Positions 23,392 through 35,333 of a DNA stretch of 64,000 nucleotides are shown piece after piece. The notes under the pieces were generated by a model that did no database searches, had not been told where the DNA came from, and saw only the letters and a list, made by a program, of their open reading frames with translations. Position numbers and translations under genes: made by a program. Position 1 is the stretch's first letter. Each line of letters opens with the position of its first letter. Source of the stretch: Pelomyxa schiedti (Eukaryota > Protista > Evosea); the NCBI GenBank assembly GCA_020536535.1, contig JAHLWZ010000810.1, positions 62,001-126,000 of the forward strand, read 5' to 3'.

Positions 23392-26300
23392 TTAGAAGAA
23401 TGACCTCACTTTTCGCTTCTTCCACATTTGTTTTTGCCTGCTCTCCTTGTTGGTCTCACATTGCTGCTGCTCAAGTTCATGCATGATTTTCCGCTTGCTC
23501 TCCTCACGCTCCTGCTTCTCGCGGATTGCATCCTTCCGCTTCAGTTCGGCGATGAACAGGGAGTCGCGGTGGAGCTCCTTGTTTGTGAGCTTGAGCTCCT
23601 TTCGCTTCTTTTCCTTGAGCTTCTTTAGCTGTATGGTCTGGGCCTCGGGGTTCCCGGTGGTGTCTGTGTAGAGTGATATCTTGTCCCTCAGAGTAAGATC
23701 CTGTAGTTTTGGCGTGTGCATGGGGAGCGGTGCAGGGTTTCTTCTGGGAAGCGTGGAAAATCCGAGCTGAATGCGGGACTTTTCACGTTCTTCTTCCACT
23801 TCGTAGTGGGCAACGATGTGCAAGAAGTTGTTGATTTTGTCTCTCGTCGATGTTGGTAGAATGTACTTTTTAACTTGCTCTGATCCGGTTCCTTCTGCAC
23901 AGTCATCTTGCGTAACAAGCTTTGCAAGTAACTGCCGGTGTGTGTGGAAAACCCCACCACCACAATGGTAAAGAGGCGGGAGTAAGGCATTTGTAGGCAA
24001 CACGGGATTTGAAGTATCTAGGGTGTACTGTTTCTCAAATAATAGCAGAAGATCAAGGCACATATCCAAGCATTGAAGAGTAAAAGTGTTGCTTGCTAAG
24101 GGCATTTCCGTTGATGTTACTGGTAGCTGGAACTTGGTGGGTGTTGGTGGGGGGGCTTTACAAATCCCAAATGTCAGGAGCCCTGGCGAAGTATCAATCA
24201 GGGAAGGCATATCAGAAATCTGTTTCACTGCTTGAGGTCTAATATGGTCCTTGTCATATGTAATTCTTTTCCCCTTGTTCCTTCTAATTACTTCTGACGA
24301 ACTGGGCTCGTCAGTTTCACTATCACTGAAGTTTGTGTTTAGAAGTGTCACTGAGGAATCAGGACTGTCAGGGATCTCAGCCTCCTCAACGTTTTTGCGT
24401 TTCTTTCCTGCAAGCACCTCTGGTTCTTCAGAGGTTTGGCCGGAAGGTAGACCTTCACACAACAAATGCAAAATACATGCCAAGAAGTTCAGTACCTCGG
24501 GGACAAACTTGTGAGACTGTTTTATGTAATGCAGCAGTGTTGTACAAGCGAGAAATCCGGAAATAATTCCTCCTGTATTACGTATTGGACACATGCAAAG
24601 ACTTTGGGATAATATCAGCATTGCGGGGGTACAAATACTGTGTCTCATGTCAGTGCACGAGAACATGTCTGAAAATAATTTCAGTAGTAGGAAGTCTCTC
24701 ACTGTGGGCCAGTGTAATTTGCTTACTACGCCAAAAATTCGTTTTAAGTGGTCATGTGCATAGGCAGGTGCCCCAGCAGGGCGAAGGGGTGGAAGAGGAG
24801 TTTGCGGCTGTTCTTCCCCCCTTTGTTGTCTGTTTCTCAGCTCTATCTTGTTTCTCCTGTCTGCTTCTTCAAAAGCTTCCTTGTTTTTCTGTGCAAGTTC
24901 GTGGGAAGTTGAGGTATAGGGCTCCAGCTCTTTGGAAAGAAATAGGAGAACGCGGGTAAGTGAGTTGAGTTCTTCCATGGTTCCAGAGACATAGAACCTC
25001 TCCAGTAAAACGGAGAAGAATACTGCAATTTCAGATGTGTTTTGCGGCTTTAACGTTGGGTGATGCCCGATAAATATTCTTCTGGCCACTAATTCGTGTT
25101 GATCAGTTGGAAGTGATTTGATTATGTCTGCGTATTCCTCAAGGTTCTTGGGAACCGTGTCGAAATTGAAAGGAAGTTGCAAACTCCTAATATCCAAATC
25201 AGTCAGTACTCGCCTCCTTGTCTGAGTGTCATCTTCAGGTTTTTTTGATGTCTTGTTCTCATCGAACTTTTCAGAAACAAGAACATCCAAAGCAGTGCCC
25301 CATGCCCCTGCGTTAAATTTGTCCTTCTTTGACGGATTGGTATTGTCGTTCAGAATGCGCTCCGCCTCAGCAAGTTCGGTCCATCTGGCTTCATCCATTC
25401 CCTCACTTTTCATTCGTTCTAATCTCTGCTGCTCTAACTTTCTAAGTTGTTCTTGTTGCATTTTGGCGATTTCCACTGGTGATTTTACTTTGTCAGCAGC
25501 TGGTGCTGTAGATTCAAACGTGAGCTCTCGAACAAGTTGGTCATACTCAGCGTCCTTATTAACACTTGGTGTCGTCTGTGTTGTTGCAGTGGTAGTTGCA
25601 CCTGTGGATGTTGTTGATGGAGTTGGAGTTGCTGGGGTTGGGTCTGGCTCATTTGGAGTGTCACTTTTTTTTCTACGTGCAAGTAGGTCAGAAAACCCTT
25701 GGAGCTGGGAAAATTCGTCATCCAGTTGTGCAGTTAGTTGAGCTCTCTGTTCTCTATCTTTAGCACGTTCTGCACGAGCTAACTTTGACTTGGCAATAAT
25801 TTCATCATATACGTCCCTGGAGAGGCACTGTTGGATGAAATTGTTTGAATAGCTTATTGAATGCACATTTATCAATAAATTTCTATGCTCTTACTTGGCA
25901 GATTTGCGCTTGTCATCTTCATCACCACCACCAAAATGCGCTTTACTAACCAAATCAGCACTCAAGTCATTATCTTCCTCTTCAGCCTGTGATTTTTTCC
26001 TAAGACCCCGAAAAATAAACAAGAAGCAAACCTGCACTTCAGGCAGAGCATTATAATCAAGAGGCTTGCCACCATGTGTGAATGAGATATCTCCAACATC
26101 CTCATCCCCATCAGTGAGGTTGTAACGGGCCGCTCGAACTTGGGCTTTGGAGGGTGCAAAACGCTCCTGATGCCATCGCAAAAGACGTTCGGTCTCGGTA
26201 GGTTCCATCTAACCAATCAAGGTGAGAAGGTGAAAGAGCTTCACTACTATAAAGTAAGTCATGAAAGCTCAATCAATCATTACCAAATACAGATAACACC

Positions 26301-26928
26301 CCACAAAAGAAAAAACAGAAAATATTGGCCGTACCACAGCAGGACCCAGTGAGGTACCACCCAGAATTGGGTTTTTTGCCCTGATTTTCTTCCTCATGTC
26401 CACAAACACATTCGACTTGCCGGTAGCCGCGGACACATACTCAGGCAGCAGTTTACTCCTCCTCTCCTCGAACCCCTTGGTCTGCCCCTTCACCCTCCCC
26501 TGCTTTGATTTCCCCCCCGCTCCCTTGGGCCCCTTCTCGCCCCTCGCGGCGCCCCCCGCCTCCTTGTTGGCCGCGGCGCCCCCCGCTGCGGGCGCGGAGC
26601 CCTTTTTCGCGGCCCCAGGGCGCTCCCGCGTGTAGCCGCTGCTGAGGCGCTCGCCCACGACGCGCTTGCTGCCCATGGCCTTGGCGACTCCCCCGCCCTT
26701 GGGGCCTCGCGCGCCGCTGCCCAGGCCCCCTCGCGCCGGCCCGTCGTGCTCCTGCGTGACCTGCTGGGAGAGCGCGGCGACCTCCTCGTCCAGGCGGTGC
26801 ATACGGCCGCCGAGGTCCGACTTCGGCTTGGGCTTCGCCGCCCCTGCTCGCCGCGACGCGTCGTGGACGGACTTGGCGGCGCCCTTTATCTTGTGCTTGC
26901 CCCCTTTGTGCGCCTTGTGCTGCGGCAT
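23392..26928 (-). CDS. NOP14: Nucleolar protein 14 (40S biogenesis)
   Basis: Motifs 'EERRSKLLPEY...KSNVFVD', 'FTHGGKPL', 'HFGGG', 'EIIAKSK', 'YDQLVREL', 'SHKFVPEVLNF' and C-terminal 'KELHRDSLFI'. Confidence 0.92.
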
Positions 26929-27500
26929 TAGAGTGTAATTTCCAATGAGCAACTGCAAACAGCCCAATAAACTGATTTTCCGGTAAAATAAGCTTGCCTC
27001 AGACAGACATCGCGGCACGCAACTGTCAGGCAGTCCACTTCCTGCCCTTGTTCTCTGCCATGGGCCTTGTTTCCTTTTTAGTCTAAAAAAAACACATCGA
27101 AGAGCAGATGATGTCATGAAAAAGGCTGGAAGTAACATTCCTGAAGGTAAAAGTGCTATTGTGTGCTGTGCATTTGCACACAGTATTACTTGTGTTAAGA
27201 GTCTTGGAAGACTCCTAACACAAGCTATGCAAATACACAGCACCACACAATAACCACCTTGACCTTAAGGATGTAACTTCAGCCTCTTGGATGACATTCA
27301 GTCCTCCTTGGTTTCTGACACACGCTGTCCCTACTTTGTTTTTTCTTTTATAATTTTTTTATATCTTTCTAACCACCCTGCACGGCTCCCACCACACATG
27401 CAAAAAAATCAGAAAACCCTTGGACAATTAGTCATCATTCTAACCTCGACTTGGAAATTTGTGATCGTCACCAACCTAAAAGTTTGGTGGCGGTTTGAAG

Positions 27501-28781
27501 ATGATGAGACAACCGCAGCACACTGTTTCGCTGAAGGCACGGGACCAGTTCGCATCGTTGTTGGCGTCGACACACCCTCGTTGTGGTCGTGGTGATGGTC
27601 ACCAACACGGTTTGGTTATCCGAGTTGTGTGGGAGTACTGCATTGGGGTGACCAGGCTTTTCTGTGTGCCCAGCATGGATTGCGTGGCTCAATTCAGAGT
27701 GTCTGACGTTCTGGGTTCCGTCGTCGGCGGTGTTGGCGAAGATGATGATGAGGTGGTTCAGTGGGTGGGCGGGCCCGTCACTGCCCTCCGTGTGATCAAC
27801 GCGAACCACTGCAACGTTGTTGAGTCTGCGTTCCATGTTGACGGCTCCACATTGTCGTTCTACCTCAGGAACATTTGGAGCAATGAGCGATTGTTCCTGG
27901 CGAGGGACTGTGAGCTGGCCGATAAAACTGCACTGAATGCGAAGTGGTTTGTTCTCCTGAGAGCTACAACGCGGAACCTGCTGATTGCATCAACAACAGC
28001 CGCGGTGGAACGAGGTTCACAAGATATCTTCCCATGTGCCCCTATTGTTGAAGTGCCCGTACCCATCACTGATGATCATGGTGATCGCGCCCTTATCAAG
28101 TTCTTTCTCAACCACTGGCGCCACGACGAAGGTATATTGTGCATTGAGAAAAGTGGCCCCAAACCAGGGACAACAGGAGATGATGTCTGGACCGTGGAGC
28201 TGACAAGGGTTGACCTTGCCCAAACGTGGACATCAAAAGGATTGACAGTGCTGGATTGCACAAGGTTCTCATTGGACGTTGTTCAGCACGTGGGTGATGC
28301 CTTGGTTATGCTCAAAAGAAATGGTTCACGTGCTTTCATTCTGTCTGCAAGCCATCAATCCACGCGGAGGCAGAAACAAGTCATCCATGCTGGTTCTGCT
28401 GTTTTTGTTTTGCCTCGTCCAAGCAGTGCACAAGGAGATGATTGGGAAGTTTCCCTCTCACAGCTGAATGAATCCCTCTTCTGTGTTGCAACCATGTCGC
28501 ACTATGGCTTGTGTCCCCAGTCTTTGGCAATCTGGGATGTCAACCACCTCACCAGCTACACAGCTGGGCCCCTGAGAACAATCGAGCTGAGCGCCTCGGT
28601 TCATGAAATCTTCGCAGAGGGAGGCCTGCTTCTCAGCAGAGGTGATAACTGGGGAAACTGTGACATTGTGGTTACTGAACCGTCGACTGGGGCGCTCATT
28701 CTGACCCTCTCTGGTAGAACTGGGCAGCAACCACTGGCTCTCGCCTTCTCTGTCTCGACAAACAACAAAAGCTATTACTAA
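27501..28781 (+). CDS. Intronless lineage-specific hypothetical protein (426 aa)
   Basis: Single uninterrupted ORF with N-terminal 'ARDQFASLLASTHPRCGR...IRVVWEY', followed by a beta-rich region. Confidence 0.7.
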   Translation: MMRQPQHTVSLKARDQFASLLASTHPRCGRGDGHQHGLVIRVVWEYCIGVTRLFCVPSMDCVAQFRVSDVLGSVVGGVGEDDDEVVQWVGGPVTALRVINANHCNVVESAFHVDGSTLSFYLRNIWSNERLFLARDCELADKTALNAKWFVLLRATTRNLLIASTTAAVERGSQDIFPCAPIVEVPVPITDDHGDRALIKFFLNHWRHDEGILCIEKSGPKPGTTGDDVWTVELTRVDLAQTWTSKGLTVLDCTRFSLDVVQHVGDALVMLKRNGSRAFILSASHQSTRRQKQVIHAGSAVFVLPRPSSAQGDDWEVSLSQLNESLFCVATMSHYGLCPQSLAIWDVNHLTSYTAGPLRTIELSASVHEIFAEGGLLLSRGDNWGNCDIVVTEPSTGALILTLSGRTGQQPLALAFSVSTNNKSYY

Positions 28782-29105
28782 GATTGGGGAATATTGAGTT
28801 GAGTGCGTGCCTTGGCCAGCCTTCTTTTTTTTGAAGTAGCACGTAATAACGTAATAATTTGAGGCAATCACCAAGCTCCTCCACATCAACAAACGAAGAA
28901 AATTCCCTCAGAAATTCAACAAGAAGCAGCTCTCCACCCACGTCACCTGTTGCCACACAAAGTCCCCAAAACTAAGAACCCAAGGATCTTCGACCAAGCC
29001 CTTCCTACGAGGAATCTTCAAAACTGGACTGCCCCTCCGAAAAGCATGGCCCGTTCCAAGACTCATTGACAGGTCAAACACTTCCTGTGCCATAAAACGG
29101 TTTCG

Positions 29106-30585
29106 TTAATTCAACCCCAAAGAATCCATCTCAAATTCTTTAGGATCAAAAAGGGATGTGGGAATAGCAACTGGGTCGCGTGTGTGCCGGCACAGGAGGG
29201 ACCACACATCCTCAGGCATGTTTAGAGCTATTGTGTTGGCCATTTCCACATACACTCTATTAACATCAGGGAGCATCTGGAACAGTGGATAAATGCTTGG
29301 AAGATGTTAGTGGTGCACAGAGAAAAGGATAAAAACCTGGGTTGGGCCAGAATTTCTGTTCTGTTGAGTACGAGTTGAGCCACGCAAGTAGGCACAGACA
29401 GGTGGCATCCAAAGGCAAAGAAGAAGTCCCACAAATAGAGAACCTGCTCAAAGGGAGGTGTGGATGCGCACAGACAGAATAATGCTGCATATATATTTCA
29501 TGGAAGTGAGTTCGTTGGGGGTAAGAGAGGAAGGGTAGGAAGTGAGGAGGTGCTGAAGAAGTTCAAACAACGTTGGAGCACTAAGACAGGTGAGAAACGC
29601 TTGGCCTTGAGGTTATTATACAACTGAAGATCGACTTGCTTGAGTATCACGGTAAAGAGCTATTACCATGTAAATAAGATATAATGCAGGGTTGTTGCAA
29701 AAGAAATTACTTTGGTAGCAGTGTGTGCACCTACTAGGGCCGGATTAAAATACATTGGAATGTGATGGAAAATTAAAACACAAAATGTGTGAAAGGCATC
29801 CAGTTCTGTGGGAGGAGGGTGAGGCTTAATGGGAAACAGGATTTTGAAACCTGGCATAACATGCAGGAGGCATCCAGCTATCAAGTTCATTCCTTGAATG
29901 TACCCTTGTACCTTGGTTTTACTTTCAGGTATTGAATGTACAAAGGCATTCAGAAGTCTCCGAAGTTTAGGAGTAGAGGCATTGGAATTGTAAACCTTTT
30001 TCAAGATAAGGTACAAAAAAACAAGACAAGATGTGGCAAGGTTGATGGGTTTCAAAAAAACAAAAAAAAAAAAAAAAGTACAGGATCATGGGCAAATGTC
30101 CTCTCCAGATCTCTCTCAATGATCTCAAAATCGCTTTGAGGTGCAGGCCCCCTTCTAATAAGAGCTACATATCTGGTTTTTTTTTTTTTTTTTTAAGGTA
30201 GTTGTTAAAAACCAAAAAAAAACCAAAAACGCAACTGGTCAGCACTGACAGTCCTGACACCCAGCAGTGCCTTCCATATCCTGCCCCTCAAGCTGCACCT
30301 CGTGTCTGTGCCCGTTATCTCCTCGGTCGACTGCCTGGGCACCCCCTCCATCAGCACCATCGTCCTCAGCTCGTGCAGCTTCTCCACCGCCCTCTCCGGG
30401 TGGTCGTTGGCCGCCGCCAGCGTCGCCTCGTACTTGTGCCGCAGGTGGTGCTCCCCCCGCGACGTCGGCACCCGCGCTACCCCCCCGAACGCCCCAGACG
30501 CGCTCTGTTGCAGCGCCGTGGCCGCCATCGATGACGATGATGTGGTCGGCCCAACGCCCGCTCCAGGCACCGTGGCTGCTGCCAT
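29106..30585 (-). CDS. BUB2: Bub2/Cdc16-like TBC-domain GAP
   Basis: Motifs 'LRTMVLMEG...LRGRIWKALLG', 'IERDLERTF', 'YIQGMNLIAG', 'ELDAFHTF' and 'WDFFFAFG'. Confidence 0.8.
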
Positions 30586-30696
30586 TCGAAGAAAAATTGT
30601 TTTCTGAGGAACGATGCAACAAATTTTAGTAAAGTGGCCAGCTGTGTACCGGCAGATACTGATGGATTGAGAGTTTCTTACAGCTACGAGCTGTAG

Positions 30697-31182
30697 ACAA
30701 GCACACTGCCCTCTTTGGTACGGTAAAAGAGTCCACCAACTCTTTCCCGAGATTTCTTATGCCTGCTTGCTTGCCTGTTCCCGCTGCTGCTACTACTAGC
30801 TAGAGTCAATCCCCATCATCTAGGAGGCACGCCAACACACCACCCTGGAACTTGAACTGATTCCACACTTGTAGAAAACGATTCAAAGTAGCAGCCAATT
30901 TATCTTTCAATCGTCTCTGGTCACGTTGCAGTCCAGGTAACGTAGAGCTAGCGTGTCGCAGGTTATCACGTCGTGGCACCCATGCGGCGACTTGATAACC
31001 TGTAAAATGAAGGTTCAATAATTATTGTTGGGACAGTCAAGGGCTCGCTAACAAGTTGGAACCAGTTTATGGGAAGTCACAACAGCCCCCCGACACCCAG
31101 GCAGGGCGATCAGAGATAACTGCACAAGCACACTGCCCTCTTTGGTACGGTAAAAGAGTCCACCAACTCTTTCCTGAGATTT
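30697..31182. repeat. Pair of 59-bp direct repeats (30697-30755 and 31124-31182, 58/59 identical) flanking a 368-bp hairpin-rich spacer
   Basis: ACAAGCACACTGCCCTCTTTGGTACGGTAAAAGAGTCCACCAACTCTTTCC[C/T]GAGATTT occurs twice, read directly from the sequence. Confidence 0.95.
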
Positions 31183-31260
31183 AACTGCACGGCGGGACGA
31201 GAGAACAACCCTTGGACTGGGACAGCGCCCAATTTAGCATATCTCACTTTCTTTTTTTTT

Positions 31261-33826
31261 TTAAAAAAATGTTTTGTTTGTTAGTAATTCCACAAGCAGG
31301 ATCCTTCTTATGTTGGGCATGTCACTTTGCGAGAAAGTGAAGGGGCATTCTCGGCTTATGCACTCCGCGAACTTGCAGGCTTTTTGGGAGGGATCAATTA
31401 ATAACCAGGCAAATGATGGATGGAGGAAGACTCACCAAATACACCACAGTCAGACCCGTTTGTTTGCAGAGGGATAGTGTCAGGCTGGTAGAAGGGCCAA
31501 CCAGAAACATCAACGTCCACGTGCCTTGCCTTGGCTTCTGCTTCCAATAGATTCCTCAATAACTGTGGGAGTGTCGGTGCAGTAATTATGAGCATTAAAG
31601 TGCCCTCACTTGTAAGCAACGATCATTTGGTGAATGGAAAGAGTCGTAGTATTCAAATCGCTTGTCTCTGATGTTGATCACGGCTAGGCACCAGTGGTTG
31701 CCAGCTTATAGTTGTGTTGGTAAAACTGTTATAGTTGACACATTGTGGAGAATACATTGATGAATAGGAAATAGAAGCATGTCCATATTAAAGATGTCTA
31801 CTTTGCTTGACCATTTCTTGACTCTGTCATAACTCCTTGACAGCAGGGGGTAAAAGAAGGTGTTGAAAAAGTGGCAGTGCGGGAGGTCTTTAGACTTCCG
31901 TGACCGCTCCTGTAAAATTTCCATATACAAGTTGATCACTTCATCATTCAGCCAAGCACCAGGTTTCAGTGTTAGTATGTCGGCCTGAGTAAGACGCTCA
32001 GAAAACGCCTTAATATCTGCAGTTTTATCCTCATCGCGTTTTGATCCCAGGGCAATGGTAACAAGGCGTTGTTCTGATGTCGTAAGTGGGCGGGTTGATT
32101 GAGATCTTTTTGTGTTAGAAATGTGATTAATGAGTGAACTCTCACTTCAATTTTTTTATTCTCTCTTCCTCTTGTCTTTGCTGTTCCAAAACCCGCACCT
32201 TCAACTGTAATTTCCCCACCCGTGTTATTCATGATTTTAATTATGGCATTGGAAACCATGTTCATGACTACTTGTTCCCTGCGTTGGACAGCTTCTTCTT
32301 GAGAAATTTCTAGCTGTTTCAAACGGCGGTTCAAGTCATTCATTCTGATAGAAGTGAAAATTTGCGTCGAGTGAAGTGCAGGGTACCTTTCATCCATGAA
32401 TTCAGCCTTCCAGGAGTAGGAAGGGGGTAAAGTGGTGGATGCTCGTGGCAATGAAAAAGCTATCTTTACATCGGAAGTTTCTGGAATGGCAATAGACGTT
32501 TTGAGAGGAGTTGGTGGCTGGGTATCTGAGTCGCTGTCACTAATCACTATAACTTCACTTTCCTAGCACCATGTTAATGAACCTACGTGGACATTATATA
32601 TACTGGTAAGGGTTTTTTCTTTTCAGGACTGAGGGTTCTTTCAATTTCTTCCTCGAGTATCATGCCTACGATTAGTGAGACAAGCCGACACAAAGGAAAG
32701 GAGAATTACTTCGTGCCGTGATAGTGGAGTGCCTCAGAGGGGTAAATCTATTTGAATCAGACTACGTATGTTAACACTTGAAACAGTAAAGTGTCACTAC
32801 CAGTGTGCCCAAAAAATGATTTGGCGAGGAGACCTCATCTCCTTCCACTGAGCTAGCTGTACTAGAAAGCAGTCTTGGAGGTTCGTGCCTGCGTTGTGCT
32901 GGTGTTGATGGCGGGGTGTTTCTTAAGTAATTGGGGGCACCGATTCTCTCAGAATCAACTTCAGTGAATGACATTGTCGCATAGGTATCCCCTAAAGACG
33001 TGGAATGTGAAGAAACTGTTGATGCAACGTTTCCATTTGAAAGCGGTTGGTAGTGCAGTGATCGAGGGTCAACTGGAGCGTGGTTCTGAGGAGGAAAGGA
33101 ATCATCATGGGGAAAGCAATAGTCTACGGAACGGCTAAAAAGAAGACATTACCCAGGAGAAAGAGAATGATACTTACAAGTTGTGGCTGTTTTCTATGCC
33201 ATTCGGTACGATAATACTTGCAGCCTCTTGGCTGAGGGAAAGTGAGCGCTGGGTTCCTTCGTCAGTACTGTGATGGCGAGTTCGGAGGGGTGTTGAAGTT
33301 TGATAGTGGTTTCGGTTGGAAGGTGTAGTAGTAATTGAGGATTGGGTCACAGATGGTTTAGTTTTAGTGACCGTTTTTGTGGGAGTTGTGGTGACAAATG
33401 CTGTAGAAGTAGCAGACGACGTCGTGGTGTGTGACACTTGGTCCGAGAAAAGTACTGTAACGGGTTTCGATGGTGAAGCCCAGCTCATCAAATTGCCTGA
33501 ATAAAAGAATAGCTCCGTTAGTGCTATTATAATGTGTCATAGTAGTACGTACTGAAGAACTTGAGAGGTGATGTTATTGGTGCAAAGGCCTTCAAAACAC
33601 TGCTACTTGCTTTTGCCCAAGACGGAGAACTGACACGAGGAGGCTCCGAAACAGCGCGTTTAGCACGTTTTGGTGCCGGCGAAGTCGGCAAAGTGAGTGC
33701 CGAAGAGACTGTGGGTATGACTTCTTCTGCAGAGTCAACGGGTTCTTCGAGATCACCAAATGGATGCGATATAGCCGCTCGGTTGCGTTTCCTCCCCAAT
33801 GCCGATGGTGCCCGGTTCACGAACAT
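31261..33826 (-). CDS. SENP/Ulp1 SUMO protease (peptidase C48)
   Basis: Motifs 'WLNDEVINLYM', 'FFNTFFY', 'NHWCLAVIN', 'YYDS' and 'QTNGSDCGVF' provide the His/Asp/Cys triad. Long disordered N-terminus. Confidence 0.9.
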
Positions 33827-34020
33827 CAGCACTCTTTTTTTTTCTTTTTTGGATCTGGACAAGAAAGAAAAGCCGTGCAGATCTGGCGGGCAATTAACTG
33901 CGACAGACGCCAAGGTGTCAATGAAAAAATGAACGAAGGAATCGTCCAGTCAGGCATAAATAAAAGAAAAAGCACAACAAAATCTTGTCTTGGCAAACGG
34001 TAGTGGCAAAAGGAGATGAA

Positions 34021-35258
34021 TCAAGATTTCATGGGAACAAGAGCTACATCCTCAACGTTTATTTGGTCTCCGCTGACTGAACTCAGGTGTGCTGTCAGTT
34101 GCCCTTTATTGCAATAGTCAGATGTATATCTTACTCTGAGGGAGTCTTTGTGTACCTGTACTGAACTGGAAAAACCTATACAATGCGGGATTCGTTTTGT
34201 AGTGGTGGAGCCATTCGTCACAAGACAGGCTCCCATCATTGTTGTCATCTGCCGCGAAAATCTAATTCCAGTTAATGGCAAAAGAACCTAAGTTCGAGGG
34301 CTTACAGCTGTTACAAACTGATCGATCTCCGTCTTTGAAGTCAGCTGATTTGTGAGCGCTTTAACTAAAATTGCAGGTAACATGGAAAGACATTAAATAA
34401 AAGTTAACCCCATTTTATGTTCATAGGCAAATCAGCGTATATCACGAACGGGGAAGAGGAAAAATACTCTTTGCGGCTCTTTCAGAGGCTGATGCTGGAG
34501 TTTCTGCCTCACCAGTGCTAGAGTACTTAAACATCATGAGCAAAACAGTGCTTTTTACTGCCTTAGCTATGGACTCACGAAGTTCATCTCGTGTAATGCT
34601 TCCATCGTGGTTCAAATCGCAGGATTGAAACAGCATTTTGGCCTATAAAAGAGTGTGAATACTCCGGGTTAAAAAAAAGCCCGAGACCTTGGCATCAGCA
34701 TCGCCTTGAGCAAGAATTGCCATCTGACAGTGGTCAGAAGTGAACAATCGTGGTGTATTAGACAGTTAGGTATTTATTTCATCGATGAAACTTGTTGGAC
34801 TCAATACCCCAGATGCCAAGTTCTGGAAGGAAACTCTTCCTGTATGATCCTAACATAACACAAAGTCAATTGTTAAGTTCAAACACTACAATCTTATATT
34901 AGACAGGTGCGTGATTAACGGTGATTGCTCTAATATTACCTGGTCCAGAAGTTCGAACAACGCAAAGGCAAATCCTCGTTCCTGCACAGCAGGGACATCA
35001 GGAAAAGCAGGAGCCATTCTGCCCATGAACTCCACAAAGTGGTCACGGTCCATCACCGTGTATTTGTTACCAGAGCGCAACCACTCCTCAAACAACAGCT
35101 GCACCTGTTCCACCCCCAATCCCGTACTCTTGGCCACATCCAGGCACTGACCCAACATATCAGTTGTTTCTCATACTTCATTTTCATTGAGCAATGGAGG
35201 GATGATTACATACAGAGACACCGCCAACAATTTTTTCTTTCCCGTGGCCTTGTCCCAT
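34021..35258 (-). CDS. EF-hand calcium-binding protein (NCS/calcineurin-B-like) with probable N-myristoylation
   Basis: Spliced start MGQGHGKEKIVGETTDMLGQC..., EF-hand 'DLNHDGSITRDE', and 'FALFELLD'. Confidence 0.7.
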
Positions 35259-35333
35259 TGCAGTTTCTCCCCCTTTTTGTTTTCCTTTGAAGTTTTTCTT
35301 CAATCACAAAAAAAAAAGCTTCCGTGATGGTTC

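Noticed and set aside
30697-31182. CRISPR array
   Set aside because: Only two repeats, a 368-bp spacer, eukaryotic context and no cas genes.
30650-31230. Known ribozyme, tRNA or Dictyostelium class I RNA (CTTACAGC at about 30677)
   Set aside because: No complete hammerhead core (CUGANGA plus GAAA), twister, HDV or cloverleaf pattern could be assembled. The 8-nt match is too short to mean anything.
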